A DNA stretch of 64,000 nucleotides from Candidatus Stygibacter australis (GTDB lineage Bacteria; Cloacimonadota; Cloacimonadia; Cloacimonadales; TCS61). The stretch is from positions 83,947 to 147,946 of the forward strand of contig JAVCDJ010000203.1 in NCBI GenBank assembly GCA_030765845.1, read 5' to 3'. Each line of letters begins with the position of its first letter. The stretch's first letter is position 1. The notes under the pieces are model-generated. The model saw only the letters and a list, made by a program, of their open reading frames with translations. It had not been told where the DNA came from and ran no database searches. Made by a program: the position numbers and the translations under genes. Shown one piece after another: positions 18,704 through 27,663 of the stretch.

Positions 18704-19480
18704 ATGAAAATAAAGATGATATTATCCCTTATTTTATTTTTGCTTTTGATAATACCCCTGGTATCAGAAGAATTAGATGATCAGGAACTCTTCAAAAAGG
18801 TCGAAAAACTTGCTTTATCAGGTGATATTGAAGCTCAATATAACACGGGAAGATGCTATGAAGAAGGATTCGGAACCGAAAAGAATGGTGCTAAAGCCAT
18901 GAGCTGGTATAATACAGCAGCACAGCAGGGTCACATGGAAGCACAATTTCGGTTAGCTTGTCTTTACGATTTTGGAGAAAATGTACTTCATAATAACGTG
19001 CAAGCAGTTAAATGGTACACAATGGCAGCAGAGCAGGGGAAGATGGAAGCCCAATATAATCTGGCAATATGTTATGAAGATGGAAATGGTGTGGATCAGG
19101 ATGATGAAGCAGCTCTTAAATAGTACACAAGGGCGGCAGAACAGGGAGATGTCGATGCTCAGTTCATTGTGGGAGATTGTTACGATTTTGGCGAATTAGT
19201 TGCGAGAGATGCCGCAGAAGCATTTAAGTGGTACAAATTGGCAGGAGATCAGGGACATCCCGATGCTCTTTACAGTCTGGCAATATGTTATGAAGATGGA
19301 AATGGAGTAGAGCAGGATTTTCAAGAGGCATATAAATACTACTTGTTAACCTGCAATTTCGCTTCAGGAGGATTGTACGAGTCAGCAGAAGCAAATCTAA
19401 GCCTGGCAGCAGAACAACTGACCGCATCTCAGATAGAAGCCGCCACTGACGAAGTAAACAGTATTTTGGGTAACAGATAA
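18704..19480 (+). pseudogene. Sel1-repeat (TPR-like) secreted protein interrupted by an in-frame TAG at 19121-19123
   Basis: ORFs 18704-19123 and 19169-19480 are in the same frame. The TAG sits where every other repeat has Trp: AMSWYNTAAQQG, AVKWYTMAAEQG, ALK*YTRAAEQG, AFKWYKLAGDQG. Confidence 0.75.
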
Positions 19481-19531
19481 GGAATCGGTAGTACATATTT
19501 TTTGCTTTAAATATCAGAGAATATCTTCGCA

Positions 19532-20542
19532 TTAAATTATTCTCTTGAGAACAGGGATCTGCTTGATCAGCCAGGAGGATGCCAGGGAAAGGCAAAATAC
19601 AGCGATGGCAGTGAGTGGTATTGAAAAAGCAGGATTCATTATTGATACACCCAATCCCTTGAGATTAATAAGTTTCAGGAAAATCGGATGGATGAGATAA
19701 ACTCCTAGTGTAAGGCTCGCAATCTGGTGGATATTCGGTGAATTGAAAACCTTTATATGATAATATTTAAACCACATCATAATACAGGCAGCCATAATGA
19801 CCACAGCAAAACTAAAATATCCCTGGAAGTATATCCCTGATGAAGCATGCCGTATTTGCGCACTAAAATAATAGCCCGTAGCAATTATAACCCCGCTGCA
19901 AAAGAAAATAGCAAGTAAGGTGATCTTTGAGGGTTTATATTGAGTGCTTCTGATCAGGTAACCCAGAAAATAGTAGGGAATAAATGGGATAAATTTAGTG
20001 ATAAATAATGGAGGTATCCCGGGAAGAAGTTCTGTATATAAAAAACTGAAAGTGCTGATCAAGAACATAATCAGTACTAAAATTTGAAGTTCTTTGTGAG
20101 AAGAATTCTTGATTATCAGTCTGAAAAATGGGGTAAATAAATACAAACCGATGATCATGTATAAGAACCAGAGGTGGAAATGTGGTTTTCCTTCCAGCAG
20201 GTTAAGAAATATTTGCTGTTTTGATGTTTGAATTCCGTAAGTAGCAGCATAAAAATAATCCAGACAAAGATAGATAGCAGACCAGGCAAGAAGGGGTATA
20301 AATATCCTTGCAAACCTTTTTCTATAAAACAATCGAAAGGGTTCATTTTTACCTGGATCAAGCAGTAAAGCACCACTGATCATCACAAATACAGGAATTG
20401 CCCATCTTACCAGAGAGTTATAAATATTTCCTGACCACCAGTATTCTGAGCCGATCATGTTTGCAGACTGCACCAAAATTGCAGAATGCAAAACTACTAT
20501 TGCCAGAGTAGCAGATATTCTTGCCTTATCTATCCAGATCAT
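19532..20542 (-). CDS. Acyltransferase-3 family membrane protein (O-acyltransferase)
   Basis: About 10 hydrophobic helices; N-terminus IDKARISATLAIVVLHS. I favour ATG 20542, which overlaps the upstream stop as TAATG. The ORF track's first ATG is 20560. Confidence 0.65.
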   Translation of the reverse strand: MIWIDKARISATLAIVVLHSAILVQSANMIGSEYWWSGNIYNSLVRWAIPVFVMISGALLLDPGKNEPFRLFYRKRFARIFIPLLAWSAIYLCLDYFYAATYGIQTSKQQIFLNLLEGKPHFHLWFLYMIIGLYLFTPFFRLIIKNSSHKELQILVLIMFLISTFSFLYTELLPGIPPLFITKFIPFIPYYFLGYLIRSTQYKPSKITLLAIFFCSGVIIATGYYFSAQIRHASSGIYFQGYFSFAVVIMAACIMMWFKYYHIKVFNSPNIHQIASLTLGVYLIHPIFLKLINLKGLGVSIMNPAFSIPLTAIAVFCLSLASSWLIKQIPVLKRII

Positions 20543-22485
20543 TACTTCAGCAGCAGGCATTTATTTACGGCTTCAGTTTTGCCATTGATCGCCAGTTGAT
20601 AAAAATATATTCCTGAGCCTGCACGCTTACCATTTTCGTCATTGCCATCCCAGATCACTGAATGATCGCCCTGCTCCATTATACTAGATCTCAGCTTCTT
20701 AATCCTTTGTCCTTTAATGTTATAGATAGCCAGCTCCACGTTACAATCAACAGGAATTGAAAACGATATGGTTGTGGCTGGGTTAAAGGGATTGGGGAAG
20801 CAGGATAATTTGTCAAGTTCAGCAATATTGCCGTTATCTTCGTCATCAGGTTCAGGTATTTCTATATGATCAATTGCCACATTGCCTGAATCAGCAACAG
20901 GTTCAGGAAAGTTGAATTGCTCTGGTGCATTCATATTAATCAGATAACCCTGCAAAGGTTCCAGCATTGTCATAGAGCCATACCAGCCCACACCCTCATA
21001 ATAAATTGCGCTTTCAACCTGGCTTTTGATCGCAGCTCCATTTTCCAGATCAGCTAAGGCATAATTGATCTCCTGAGCTTCCTGAGGTGCAAAAGATATC
21101 CAGTTCCAGCCATCGGTTAGCTCATAAGTATTTAACCTCACATTTACAGGAACTCCAGAATATTCCAGAGTGGACGGATTTTCAACCTCCAGTTTGTATA
21201 AGGAGACATTATCAATATGAGTCAATGATCCAAACCAACCCGTGCCCTCATAATAAATAGAGCTTTGAGTTTGACTTTTTAAATTTGAGGCATTATTACC
21301 TATGGAAGCCAGAACTGCATTAGTGGACATATCATCCCCCCTCACATTGAGCGCAAACCAGTTCCAGCCGGATGTAAATTCTTTGCTGACCGTTACTGGG
21401 GGAGGATAAAAGACAAAATCGCTGATCACCACTTCCAGATTTTCACCTATATCAGCATCAGGAAGTAACCATAAATTCAATCTTGCCCGGGCATTTCCCG
21501 CAGGAGGAATGTCATTTCCAGAATATTCCCAGGCTTCGATGATGTCTGCTTCATCAGGTGGATAATCACCCGCATCACCAGACCAGGTAACAAAATTCAA
21601 CTGGTCTTCACTCCAGTTAAAGGCACAGGAAACTTCTCCCTCTGGATAGTAGTCAAATTGATACCGGTTATCATTTTCATACCAGGGCTGAACCACATAT
21701 TGAGCAAAGGGGGTATTGGAATCACCCCAATAAGATAATTCTACATCGATCTCGTGGTAAATATTATCTATATTAGGATTAAAAGTAATCGCTTCATCCC
21801 AGGAAAAGAGTCCCAATACTGCTTCTAAAGGGAAATCAGGGAATCCATCAGCCAGAGTAAAGATATATGTCCCGTAACCCAGTTTTTCTTCACACACTAT
21901 CTCACTGCAATGCCAGAAATCACCATCATCGATAATATTCAAATGCAGATCATCATTGTCATCCACAAAAACCATATTTAAAGCATCAGAAAAATAATTG
22001 TTACCAGGTCCTGCCTGAGCTGTGAAAGTTTTGCAGATCCAATCCAGATCACCAAAACTTATCTCACGATTTCCGGGTAATCGATCAGTAAAGGTATAGG
22101 GAAAGTCAGCAAATTCATCTGGCAGAAATTCATGCCACTGTCCCCATTCTCCTCCAGATTGCGGTGGAACGTAGTCAACGGGGGTCAAAAAAGCAAAATA
22201 ACGAGTTGCTTCCGTATCATATCCTCCCCCGGTCACATCACAAGTCCAGGTGAGATTATCACTTATCAAGCAATAACTCGATGCTGACGGCTTGGGGTAC
22301 CACCATCCGCCATAAAATAGAAATACATGCACTGCATACATTTCGGGCACCGTAATACCCGTCACATGACCATACATATCCTGATCCGACTGAAATTCCG
22401 GCATCTCATCAATAAATATATCCTGTCCTGATATAATACTGCAAAGCCCAATCAGAAATAACACAAACCATAGCTTTTTCATCAT
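20542..22485 (-). CDS. Secreted protein of unknown function with T9SS/FlgD-Ig-type C-terminal domain
   Basis: 647-aa ORF with a signal peptide. Internal duplicated segment (...SIYYEGTGWFGSLT... / ...AIYYEGVGWYGSMT...). The C-terminus is FPNPFNPATTISFSIP...GSGIYFYQLAINGKTEAVNKCLLLK. Confidence 0.7.
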   Translation of the reverse strand: MMKKLWFVLFLIGLCSIISGQDIFIDEMPEFQSDQDMYGHVTGITVPEMYAVHVFLFYGGWWYPKPSASSYCLISDNLTWTCDVTGGGYDTEATRYFAFLTPVDYVPPQSGGEWGQWHEFLPDEFADFPYTFTDRLPGNREISFGDLDWICKTFTAQAGPGNNYFSDALNMVFVDDNDDLHLNIIDDGDFWHCSEIVCEEKLGYGTYIFTLADGFPDFPLEAVLGLFSWDEAITFNPNIDNIYHEIDVELSYWGDSNTPFAQYVVQPWYENDNRYQFDYYPEGEVSCAFNWSEDQLNFVTWSGDAGDYPPDEADIIEAWEYSGNDIPPAGNARARLNLWLLPDADIGENLEVVISDFVFYPPPVTVSKEFTSGWNWFALNVRGDDMSTNAVLASIGNNASNLKSQTQSSIYYEGTGWFGSLTHIDNVSLYKLEVENPSTLEYSGVPVNVRLNTYELTDGWNWISFAPQEAQEINYALADLENGAAIKSQVESAIYYEGVGWYGSMTMLEPLQGYLINMNAPEQFNFPEPVADSGNVAIDHIEIPEPDDEDNGNIAELDKLSCFPNPFNPATTISFSIPVDCNVELAIYNIKGQRIKKLRSSIMEQGDHSVIWDGNDENGKRAGSGIYFYQLAINGKTEAVNKCLLLK

Positions 22486-22502
22486 TGATCCACCTCGGTT
22501 AT

Positions 22503-24578
22503 TTAGAAGTTAAAGAGTTTCTCCCGTTCGGAATACAGCCTTTCATAAGTTTTTTTAATTATCTTATTTTCATCGCTATCCAGCTCTGGATCAATATCAA
22601 GCACCCAGCCAGCTACAGCACGGGCATGGATCAAAAGCTGTCTGTCACGCACGATATTGGCATGACGAAAGATATTCATTCCACTTTGAGCAGTCCCAAA
22701 AAACTCTCCGGGACCGCGGAGTTCCAGGTCCTTTTCTGCAATCAAAAAGCCGTCATTAGTTTCCACCATTGTCCGCAGTCTTTCAGAACCTTCCTTTGAG
22801 AGCGGATAATAAGCAACCAGGTAGCAGAATGATGCTGCACTTCCTCTGCCCACTCTGCCGCGCAACTGATGCAATTGTGCCAGTCCAAAGCGTTCTGCAT
22901 GCTCAATGATCATCACTGAGGCATTTGGTATATCAATTCCTACTTCAATCACTGTAGTGGAAACCAGCACATCAAATTCATGGTTCTTAAAGCGCGACAT
23001 GATTTCATCTTTATCTTTATTTTTCATCCTGCCATGTAATATTTCTGCCCGGCATTCAGTCATCAAAGTTGACCTTATATCTTCATACAGCGTTTCTGCT
23101 GCCAGCAGGTCAGATTTCTCTGATTCCTCGATCAAGGGACACACAATATAGATCTGTCTGCCTTCACGTACTTCTGCGATTGCATGATTATAGGCATCTA
23201 TTCTTCTGCCTTCACCTTTCCAGATGGTGGTTATTTGCTTGCGTCCCGGCGGCATTTCATCAATCACACTAACTGTAAGATCACCATAAACGGTAAGTGC
23301 CAGTGAGCGGGGAATAGGAGTTGCTGACATATATAAAAGGTCTGGATTATCACCTTTTGAGGGTATCAATGACCTTTGCATTACGCCAAAACGGTGCTGC
23401 TCATCCACAGCCACAAAGCCAATTTTATGAAATTCCACATCCTTCTGCAAAAGCGCATGCGTGCCTACTATAATCTGGATATTGCCACTTTTGATCTCTT
23501 CCTTAGTTTTCTTTTTGCCTTTATAATTGCCACCTTTTAAGAGGGCTACTCGAATATCCATATCAGCCAGATAATTTGTAAAACTCAAAAAATGCTGCTC
23601 AGCCAATATCTCGGTCGGTGCCATAATAACAGCCTGACAGCCGTTTTCCACTGCCAGCAGCATGGCAAAAAGCGTCACGATTGTCTTGCCGGAGCCCACA
23701 TCACCCTGCAGCAGGCGGTTCATCTGATAAACGGAAGTCATATCCTCCACAATTTCTCTGATCACTTTCTTTTGGGCAGGGGTTAACTTGAATTGCAATG
23801 AATTCTTTAATCGAGTGGTATAAGTCCTTTTTAATTCAAAAGCTCTACCATTTTTCTCTTTCTCGTGTCCCCTTCGTACCTTTGCCAGCATCAACTGATT
23901 ATAAAAAAGCTCTTCGAAAGAATAGCGTTGTTTTATACCTGCAACTACAGCCGGCTGGTTAGAAAAATGGATTTTCTGCAGGCTGATGCTACGTGGTTCC
24001 CAGCCAAATTTTTCCAGTAATCCTTGGGAAAGGGTCTCTTCAATATCCTTGGCATAAAGCCTGAATAGGTTATAGATCATGTATCGCAACTGTCCGATTT
24101 TCAGTTTGTCTGTAAGTGGATAAACCGGTAAAACGGAGCGGGAATGCCAGAAATTAGTTGTATCCTCCCCTTTATCGAGCACTTCCAGTTCAGGATGAAT
24201 GATCTGAAACTGGTCTCTGAATGAGGTGATCATGCCGGATACCCACACTTTTTGCCCCTGCTGGAGCATATCAGTGAGCCAGGTGCCATATCTGAACCAG
24301 GTACATAAAAGGTTGTATTCACCGTCAGAAAGCACTACATTTAATTGCCTCTGTCTGCCTCGCTGAGTTTCGCGAATGCTCACGATCTCGGCTGTCAGTG
24401 ATGACCGTCTGCCAATTTCCAGGTCAGCAATGGAGCTTTTGGCATCACGTTGAATATAATCCCGCGGGAAAAATTCCAGCAGATCATTGAGTGTAAAAAC
24501 ACCCAGTTTATTCAATAGTTTTGCCCGGTGCTCACCAACACCTTTTAAGAATTTGATCTCAGTTGAAAATAAATCCAC
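22503..24578 (-). CDS. recG: ATP-dependent DNA helicase RecG
   Basis: 691-aa ORF with a GTG start after GAGGTG. Wedge/OB N-terminus, helicase motifs GDVGSGKT, DEQHRFG, QLRGRVGRG. Confidence 0.9.
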   Translation of the reverse strand: MDLFSTEIKFLKGVGEHRAKLLNKLGVFTLNDLLEFFPRDYIQRDAKSSIADLEIGRRSSLTAEIVSIRETQRGRQRQLNVVLSDGEYNLLCTWFRYGTWLTDMLQQGQKVWVSGMITSFRDQFQIIHPELEVLDKGEDTTNFWHSRSVLPVYPLTDKLKIGQLRYMIYNLFRLYAKDIEETLSQGLLEKFGWEPRSISLQKIHFSNQPAVVAGIKQRYSFEELFYNQLMLAKVRRGHEKEKNGRAFELKRTYTTRLKNSLQFKLTPAQKKVIREIVEDMTSVYQMNRLLQGDVGSGKTIVTLFAMLLAVENGCQAVIMAPTEILAEQHFLSFTNYLADMDIRVALLKGGNYKGKKKTKEEIKSGNIQIIVGTHALLQKDVEFHKIGFVAVDEQHRFGVMQRSLIPSKGDNPDLLYMSATPIPRSLALTVYGDLTVSVIDEMPPGRKQITTIWKGEGRRIDAYNHAIAEVREGRQIYIVCPLIEESEKSDLLAAETLYEDIRSTLMTECRAEILHGRMKNKDKDEIMSRFKNHEFDVLVSTTVIEVGIDIPNASVMIIEHAERFGLAQLHQLRGRVGRGSAASFCYLVAYYPLSKEGSERLRTMVETNDGFLIAEKDLELRGPGEFFGTAQSGMNIFRHANIVRDRQLLIHARAVAGWVLDIDPELDSDENKIIKKTYERLYSEREKLFNF

Positions 24579-24711
24579 TTTTCACCTCTATCGTATTTTC
24601 TTAAGATTATGTTTAAGTAGTCAAGTAAATTCAGTGTTCTGATTTTATCCTGAAATTTACTAATCAGCATTAGGTTAGAGCTACCTGAAATCAGCTTGCA
24701 ATCAGCAGGCA

Positions 24712-24764
24712 GAACAACTTAGCATAATCTAACAAAAAAATGTCAATATGTGCTTTGTTGTTCC
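24712..24764 (+). repeat. Family-H hairpin element, copy H2
   Basis: GAACAACTTAGCAT-AATCTAACAAAAAAATGTCAATA-TGTGCTTTGTTGTTCC, followed by TCCTGATAATTTTCC. Confidence 0.85.
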
Positions 24765-24875
24765 TCCTGATAATTTTCCGGAACTGGCACCTCTCGACTT
24801 CTACTAATACTACACTTTGTTAAAATAGATGATAAATTAAAGTGTTGGAATAAAGAAGATAGATTTACACTTTCT

Positions 24876-25240
24876 TCACGTATCCCCCCCCCCAAAAATT
24901 ACAAATACACCTCAATTAACCATATTTAACATAGTGAATTATGAAATTAGAAGCAAAAATAGAAATGTAGATCATTTAACTACGAAGATGAATTTTATGA
25001 TAGAAATAATAATATATCTGGTACAAAACTTAAGTAATAAAATGATATACAGGAATTTGGCAAAAGAATTGAATAAAAATTTGGCATATAGGTTATCGAA
25101 TATCGTATCAGAACTTTTTAGGGGATTCTTAGTTAGACCAAGAAATAGACATAAGGGTAAGTACAAGAAATATTATCTGGAAAAGCTACAGTATAGGCTG
25201 GTGTTAAATGATAATTAAAAAAGGGGGGGGGGATGCGTGA
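24876..25240. repeat. 365-bp element bounded by 18-bp inverted repeats TCACG(T/C)AT-C10 / G10-ATGCGTGA
   Basis: Left arm 24876-24893 (C10 at 24884-24893). Right arm 25223-25240 (G10 at 25223-25232). One mismatch. The 329-bp interior is extremely AT-rich. Possible MITE or invertible segment. Confidence 0.8.
24934..25218 (+). CDS. Hypothetical 94-aa Lys/Asn/Arg-rich protein inside the IR-bounded element (may be non-coding)
   Basis: ORF track only. GTG start, no convincing SD, very low GC. Confidence 0.2.
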   Translation: MNYEIRSKNRNVDHLTTKMNFMIEIIIYLVQNLSNKMIYRNLAKELNKNLAYRLSNIVSELFRGFLVRPRNRHKGKYKKYYLEKLQYRLVLNDN

Positions 25241-25305
25241 TCTAATATTTTAGTTGACAGATATAAGCATTTTCTTTAAAAGAAATCCAAATATAGGAGG
25301 TGCAT

Positions 25306-25830
25306 ATGAGAAAGCTGATCATTTTTGGATTATTATTATTTTTAACAGCAAGTGCTTATGCATTTGAAAAGGGAACTGTCAATGTCGGCGGAAACGTAAG
25401 TTATTCAAGTATAAAAGCTAATTCAGATGCTGATGCTTATACAATATTTTTGTTCTCTTCACAAGCAGGTTATTTTGTTAGAGATAATATCGCTCTTGAT
25501 ATCGGATTTGATTTATCAGTTGCGGATTATGATGGTAGTGAGACTTCATTGATATTTGATATTGGGAGTCGTTACTTTATTGGTGACATATTCTATTCTG
25601 GATTTAAGGTTATGGTACAAACGTATAGTGGTGGTGGATTTAAACTTTCACAGAATTTTGTACAATTAGGTGCTGGATATTTAGTTCCTTTAGTAAAAAA
25701 TGTTGTATATCTTAATCTTGATGTCAATTATACTATGGGTATTGGAGACTATGGTGGAGATATATCCGGGACAAATGAAGAGTCAAGGCTCAATTTTGGA
25801 GCAGGAATCGAGTATTTTATTAAGAAATAA
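25306..25830 (+). CDS. Small outer-membrane beta-barrel protein
   Basis: ATG 25306 lies 5 nt after AGGAGG (the track starts at GTG 25300). Signal peptide MRKLIIFGLLLFLTASAYA. Alternating hydrophobic beta-strand pattern. Confidence 0.7.
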   Translation: MRKLIIFGLLLFLTASAYAFEKGTVNVGGNVSYSSIKANSDADAYTIFLFSSQAGYFVRDNIALDIGFDLSVADYDGSETSLIFDIGSRYFIGDIFYSGFKVMVQTYSGGGFKLSQNFVQLGAGYLVPLVKNVVYLNLDVNYTMGIGDYGGDISGTNEESRLNFGAGIEYFIKK

Positions 25831-25851
25831 AGATTTTTTGTATAATGTAAA

Positions 25852-25874
25852 AGCTCTTCATTCGAAGGGTTTTT
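25852..25874 (+). terminator. Rho-independent terminator candidate 1 after the OMP gene
   Basis: CTCTTC-attc-GAAGGG followed by TTTTT. Confidence 0.5.
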
Positions 25875-25895
25875 ATTATATGTAAATAATTAAAA

Positions 25896-25924
25896 GATCC
25901 GCTCTTAATGGGCGGTTCTTTTTT
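25896..25924 (+). terminator. Rho-independent terminator candidate 2
   Basis: GATCCGC-tcttaatgg-GCGGTTC followed by TTTTTT. Confidence 0.55.
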
Positions 25925-26003
25925 ATAGGTTTTATACGTCCTATATGACCTATAATATAACCACTTATCTAATCAAACTCACCTATAGATCAGTGAGTGA
26001 GAA

Positions 26004-26055
26004 GAACAACAAAACACGCCCCATAAATAAATGTCAGTATGTGCTTCGTTGTTCC
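26004..26055 (+). repeat. Family-H hairpin element, copy H3 (most diverged)
   Basis: GAACAACAAAACAC-GCCCCATAAATAAATGTCAGTAT-GTGCTTCGTTGTTCC, followed by TCCTGATAATTTCC. Confidence 0.75.
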
Positions 26056-26272
26056 TCCTGATAATTTCCAAGAGGCTGAGAAATATGTGATCAGAGATAA
26101 TATGTTGACAAATAGAAGGTTAAGAGAAAAGGTGAATCATTGATGTAGAGATCAGTGAGAAAGGTGAAATGGAAAAAATCTGCAAAAGAGAAAAACAGAT
26201 TATATTATCTGCAGCAGAAAGCAGAAAAGGTGAGAGAAGAAGTTTAAAAGATGGTAATGAAAGAGAAAAAGC

Positions 26273-26302
26273 TTGACATTGGAATTGGTGGAAAGCAATT
26301 AA
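26273..26302 (+). promoter_or_regulatory. Possible tRNA-Leu promoter (TTGACA 26273-26278, A/T-rich -10 near 26296)
   Basis: Consensus -35 lies 45 nt upstream of the mature tRNA 5' end. It is preceded by a ~150-nt purine-rich tract with 3x GA(G)AAAGGTGA. Confidence 0.35.
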
Positions 26303-26322
26303 GTTCAGAAGTATTTGAGTGT

Positions 26323-26409
26323 GCCGAAGTGGTGAAACTGGTAGACGCAGTGGACTCAAAATCCTCCGAGCTTACGCTTGTGCCGGTTCGAGTCCGGCCT
26401 TCGGCACCA
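26323..26409 (+). tRNA. tRNA-Leu (anticodon CAA), class II with long variable arm, CCA encoded
   Basis: GCCGAAG pairs with CTTCGGC as a 7-bp acceptor stem. D-loop is TGGTAGAC. Anticodon loop is CTCAAAA. T-arm is CCGGTTCGAGTCCGG. The 3' end is ACCA. Confidence 0.88.
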
Positions 26410-26525
26410 ATAGAAAGAAATAAAATAAAGCCCATAATGGAGGGTCTTAATACTGAATTGTTATGGTCGCTTGACTATTACTTTTTTCATATTCAAAATT
26501 TTTGAAATTTATTCGGAGGATTAAC

Positions 26526-27656
26526 ATGAAACAGAGCTTAATTTTAATTGCCCTGGTGATATTATTACTTATACCAGTATTTTCATATGCAGTATCAGAA
26601 GCTGGATTGGTATATCTATTAATGGAACCGGGATCTCGTTCTGGCGGTATGGGTCAAGCATACGTGGCACAAGTGGATGATGCTTTTGCCGGATATTGGA
26701 ATACCGGAGCAATGGCATTTAACCGATCAACCCAGTTTGCATTAATGCATTCAAACTGGCTGGGTGATGTTTTTGATGACATTTATTATGAATATTTCGG
26801 GTTCAACACCTATCTGGAAGATACAGGTAACATTGGCTTTAATGTGATGTTCCTCACTTATGGTGAGCAGGATGCTTATGATGAAGATGCAAATTTCCTG
26901 AAGTCTTTTTCTTCATGGGAAGTGGCACCTTCAATAACTTACGGTTATCAGTTGAACAAATATCTAGGAGTTGGAGGCGCATTCAAATTTATCCATTCTG
27001 ATCTGGCACCTGAAGGTACAGGAGCTACAGAGGAAGGTTTGAAGGGACAGGGAAGTACATTTGCCTTTGATTTTGGCATAAATTTAAAAGATCTTCCATG
27101 GTCTTTAAGTGATATCTTTTATGTATTTTTCCCTAACTTACTATTAATTCGCGACTTATCACTTCCTAATATTCCTGATCTTCCCGGTTCCAGTATGAGT
27201 TTAGGGCTTAATATCCAGAATCTTGGTCCAAACATAGTTTATATAAATGAAGAGCAATCAGATCCGATACCTTTGAACTGGCGAATGGGTTTTTCCTGGC
27301 AGATGTGGGAAACAGAGATATCAAGATTAACCTTTAATGCTGATATGAATAAATTATTAGCTAATCGCGATCACGTCTGGTATGAAAGGATTTATAGAGA
27401 CTGGGTAGATCAACCTCTTGATGAAGAATGGGCAGATATTATCTGGGGTACCGGAGGAGAGTTTTCATATCTTAACCTTTTGAGTTTGCGATTGGGATAT
27501 ATATATGATCGTGTAGGTGAGATTGAAGGTATATCCTATGGTGCTGGACTCTTTTATGAGCAGGATAAATTCAGGGTTGATGTAGATTTTGCAATGCAAC
27601 CTGGGGGAGACCTTCAGGACTTCAATCGCACATTCTCTATTAAAGTATCCTTTTAG
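26526..27656 (+). CDS. porV: PorV/PorQ-family outer-membrane protein (T9SS-associated)
   Basis: ATG 26526 follows GGAGGA (the track starts at 26502). N-terminal motif GSRSGGMGQAYVAQVDDAFAGYWNTGAMAF. C-terminal beta-barrel ending in F. Confidence 0.7.
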   Translation: MKQSLILIALVILLLIPVFSYAVSEAGLVYLLMEPGSRSGGMGQAYVAQVDDAFAGYWNTGAMAFNRSTQFALMHSNWLGDVFDDIYYEYFGFNTYLEDTGNIGFNVMFLTYGEQDAYDEDANFLKSFSSWEVAPSITYGYQLNKYLGVGGAFKFIHSDLAPEGTGATEEGLKGQGSTFAFDFGINLKDLPWSLSDIFYVFFPNLLLIRDLSLPNIPDLPGSSMSLGLNIQNLGPNIVYINEEQSDPIPLNWRMGFSWQMWETEISRLTFNADMNKLLANRDHVWYERIYRDWVDQPLDEEWADIIWGTGGEFSYLNLLSLRLGYIYDRVGEIEGISYGAGLFYEQDKFRVDVDFAMQPGGDLQDFNRTFSIKVSF

Positions 27657-27663
27657 TTAGTCT

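Noticed and set aside
19169-19480. A separate 103-aa gene.
   Set aside because: It is in the same frame as 18704-19123, has no SD of its own, and the Sel1 repeat register continues across the TAG. I merged it into one interrupted gene.
24741-24756. A sigma-54 type promoter (TGGCAC-N5-TTGC) within the conserved H loop/arm junction (TGTCA.TATGTGCT).
   Set aside because: The GG/GC dinucleotide spacing is 2 nt too short, and the -24 GG is GT in all copies.
26251-26505. 84-aa + ORF, and the minus ORFs 26120-26359 and 26244-26435.
   Set aside because: They run across the tRNA-Leu gene and the purine-rich tract. The tRNA cloverleaf explains the sequence.
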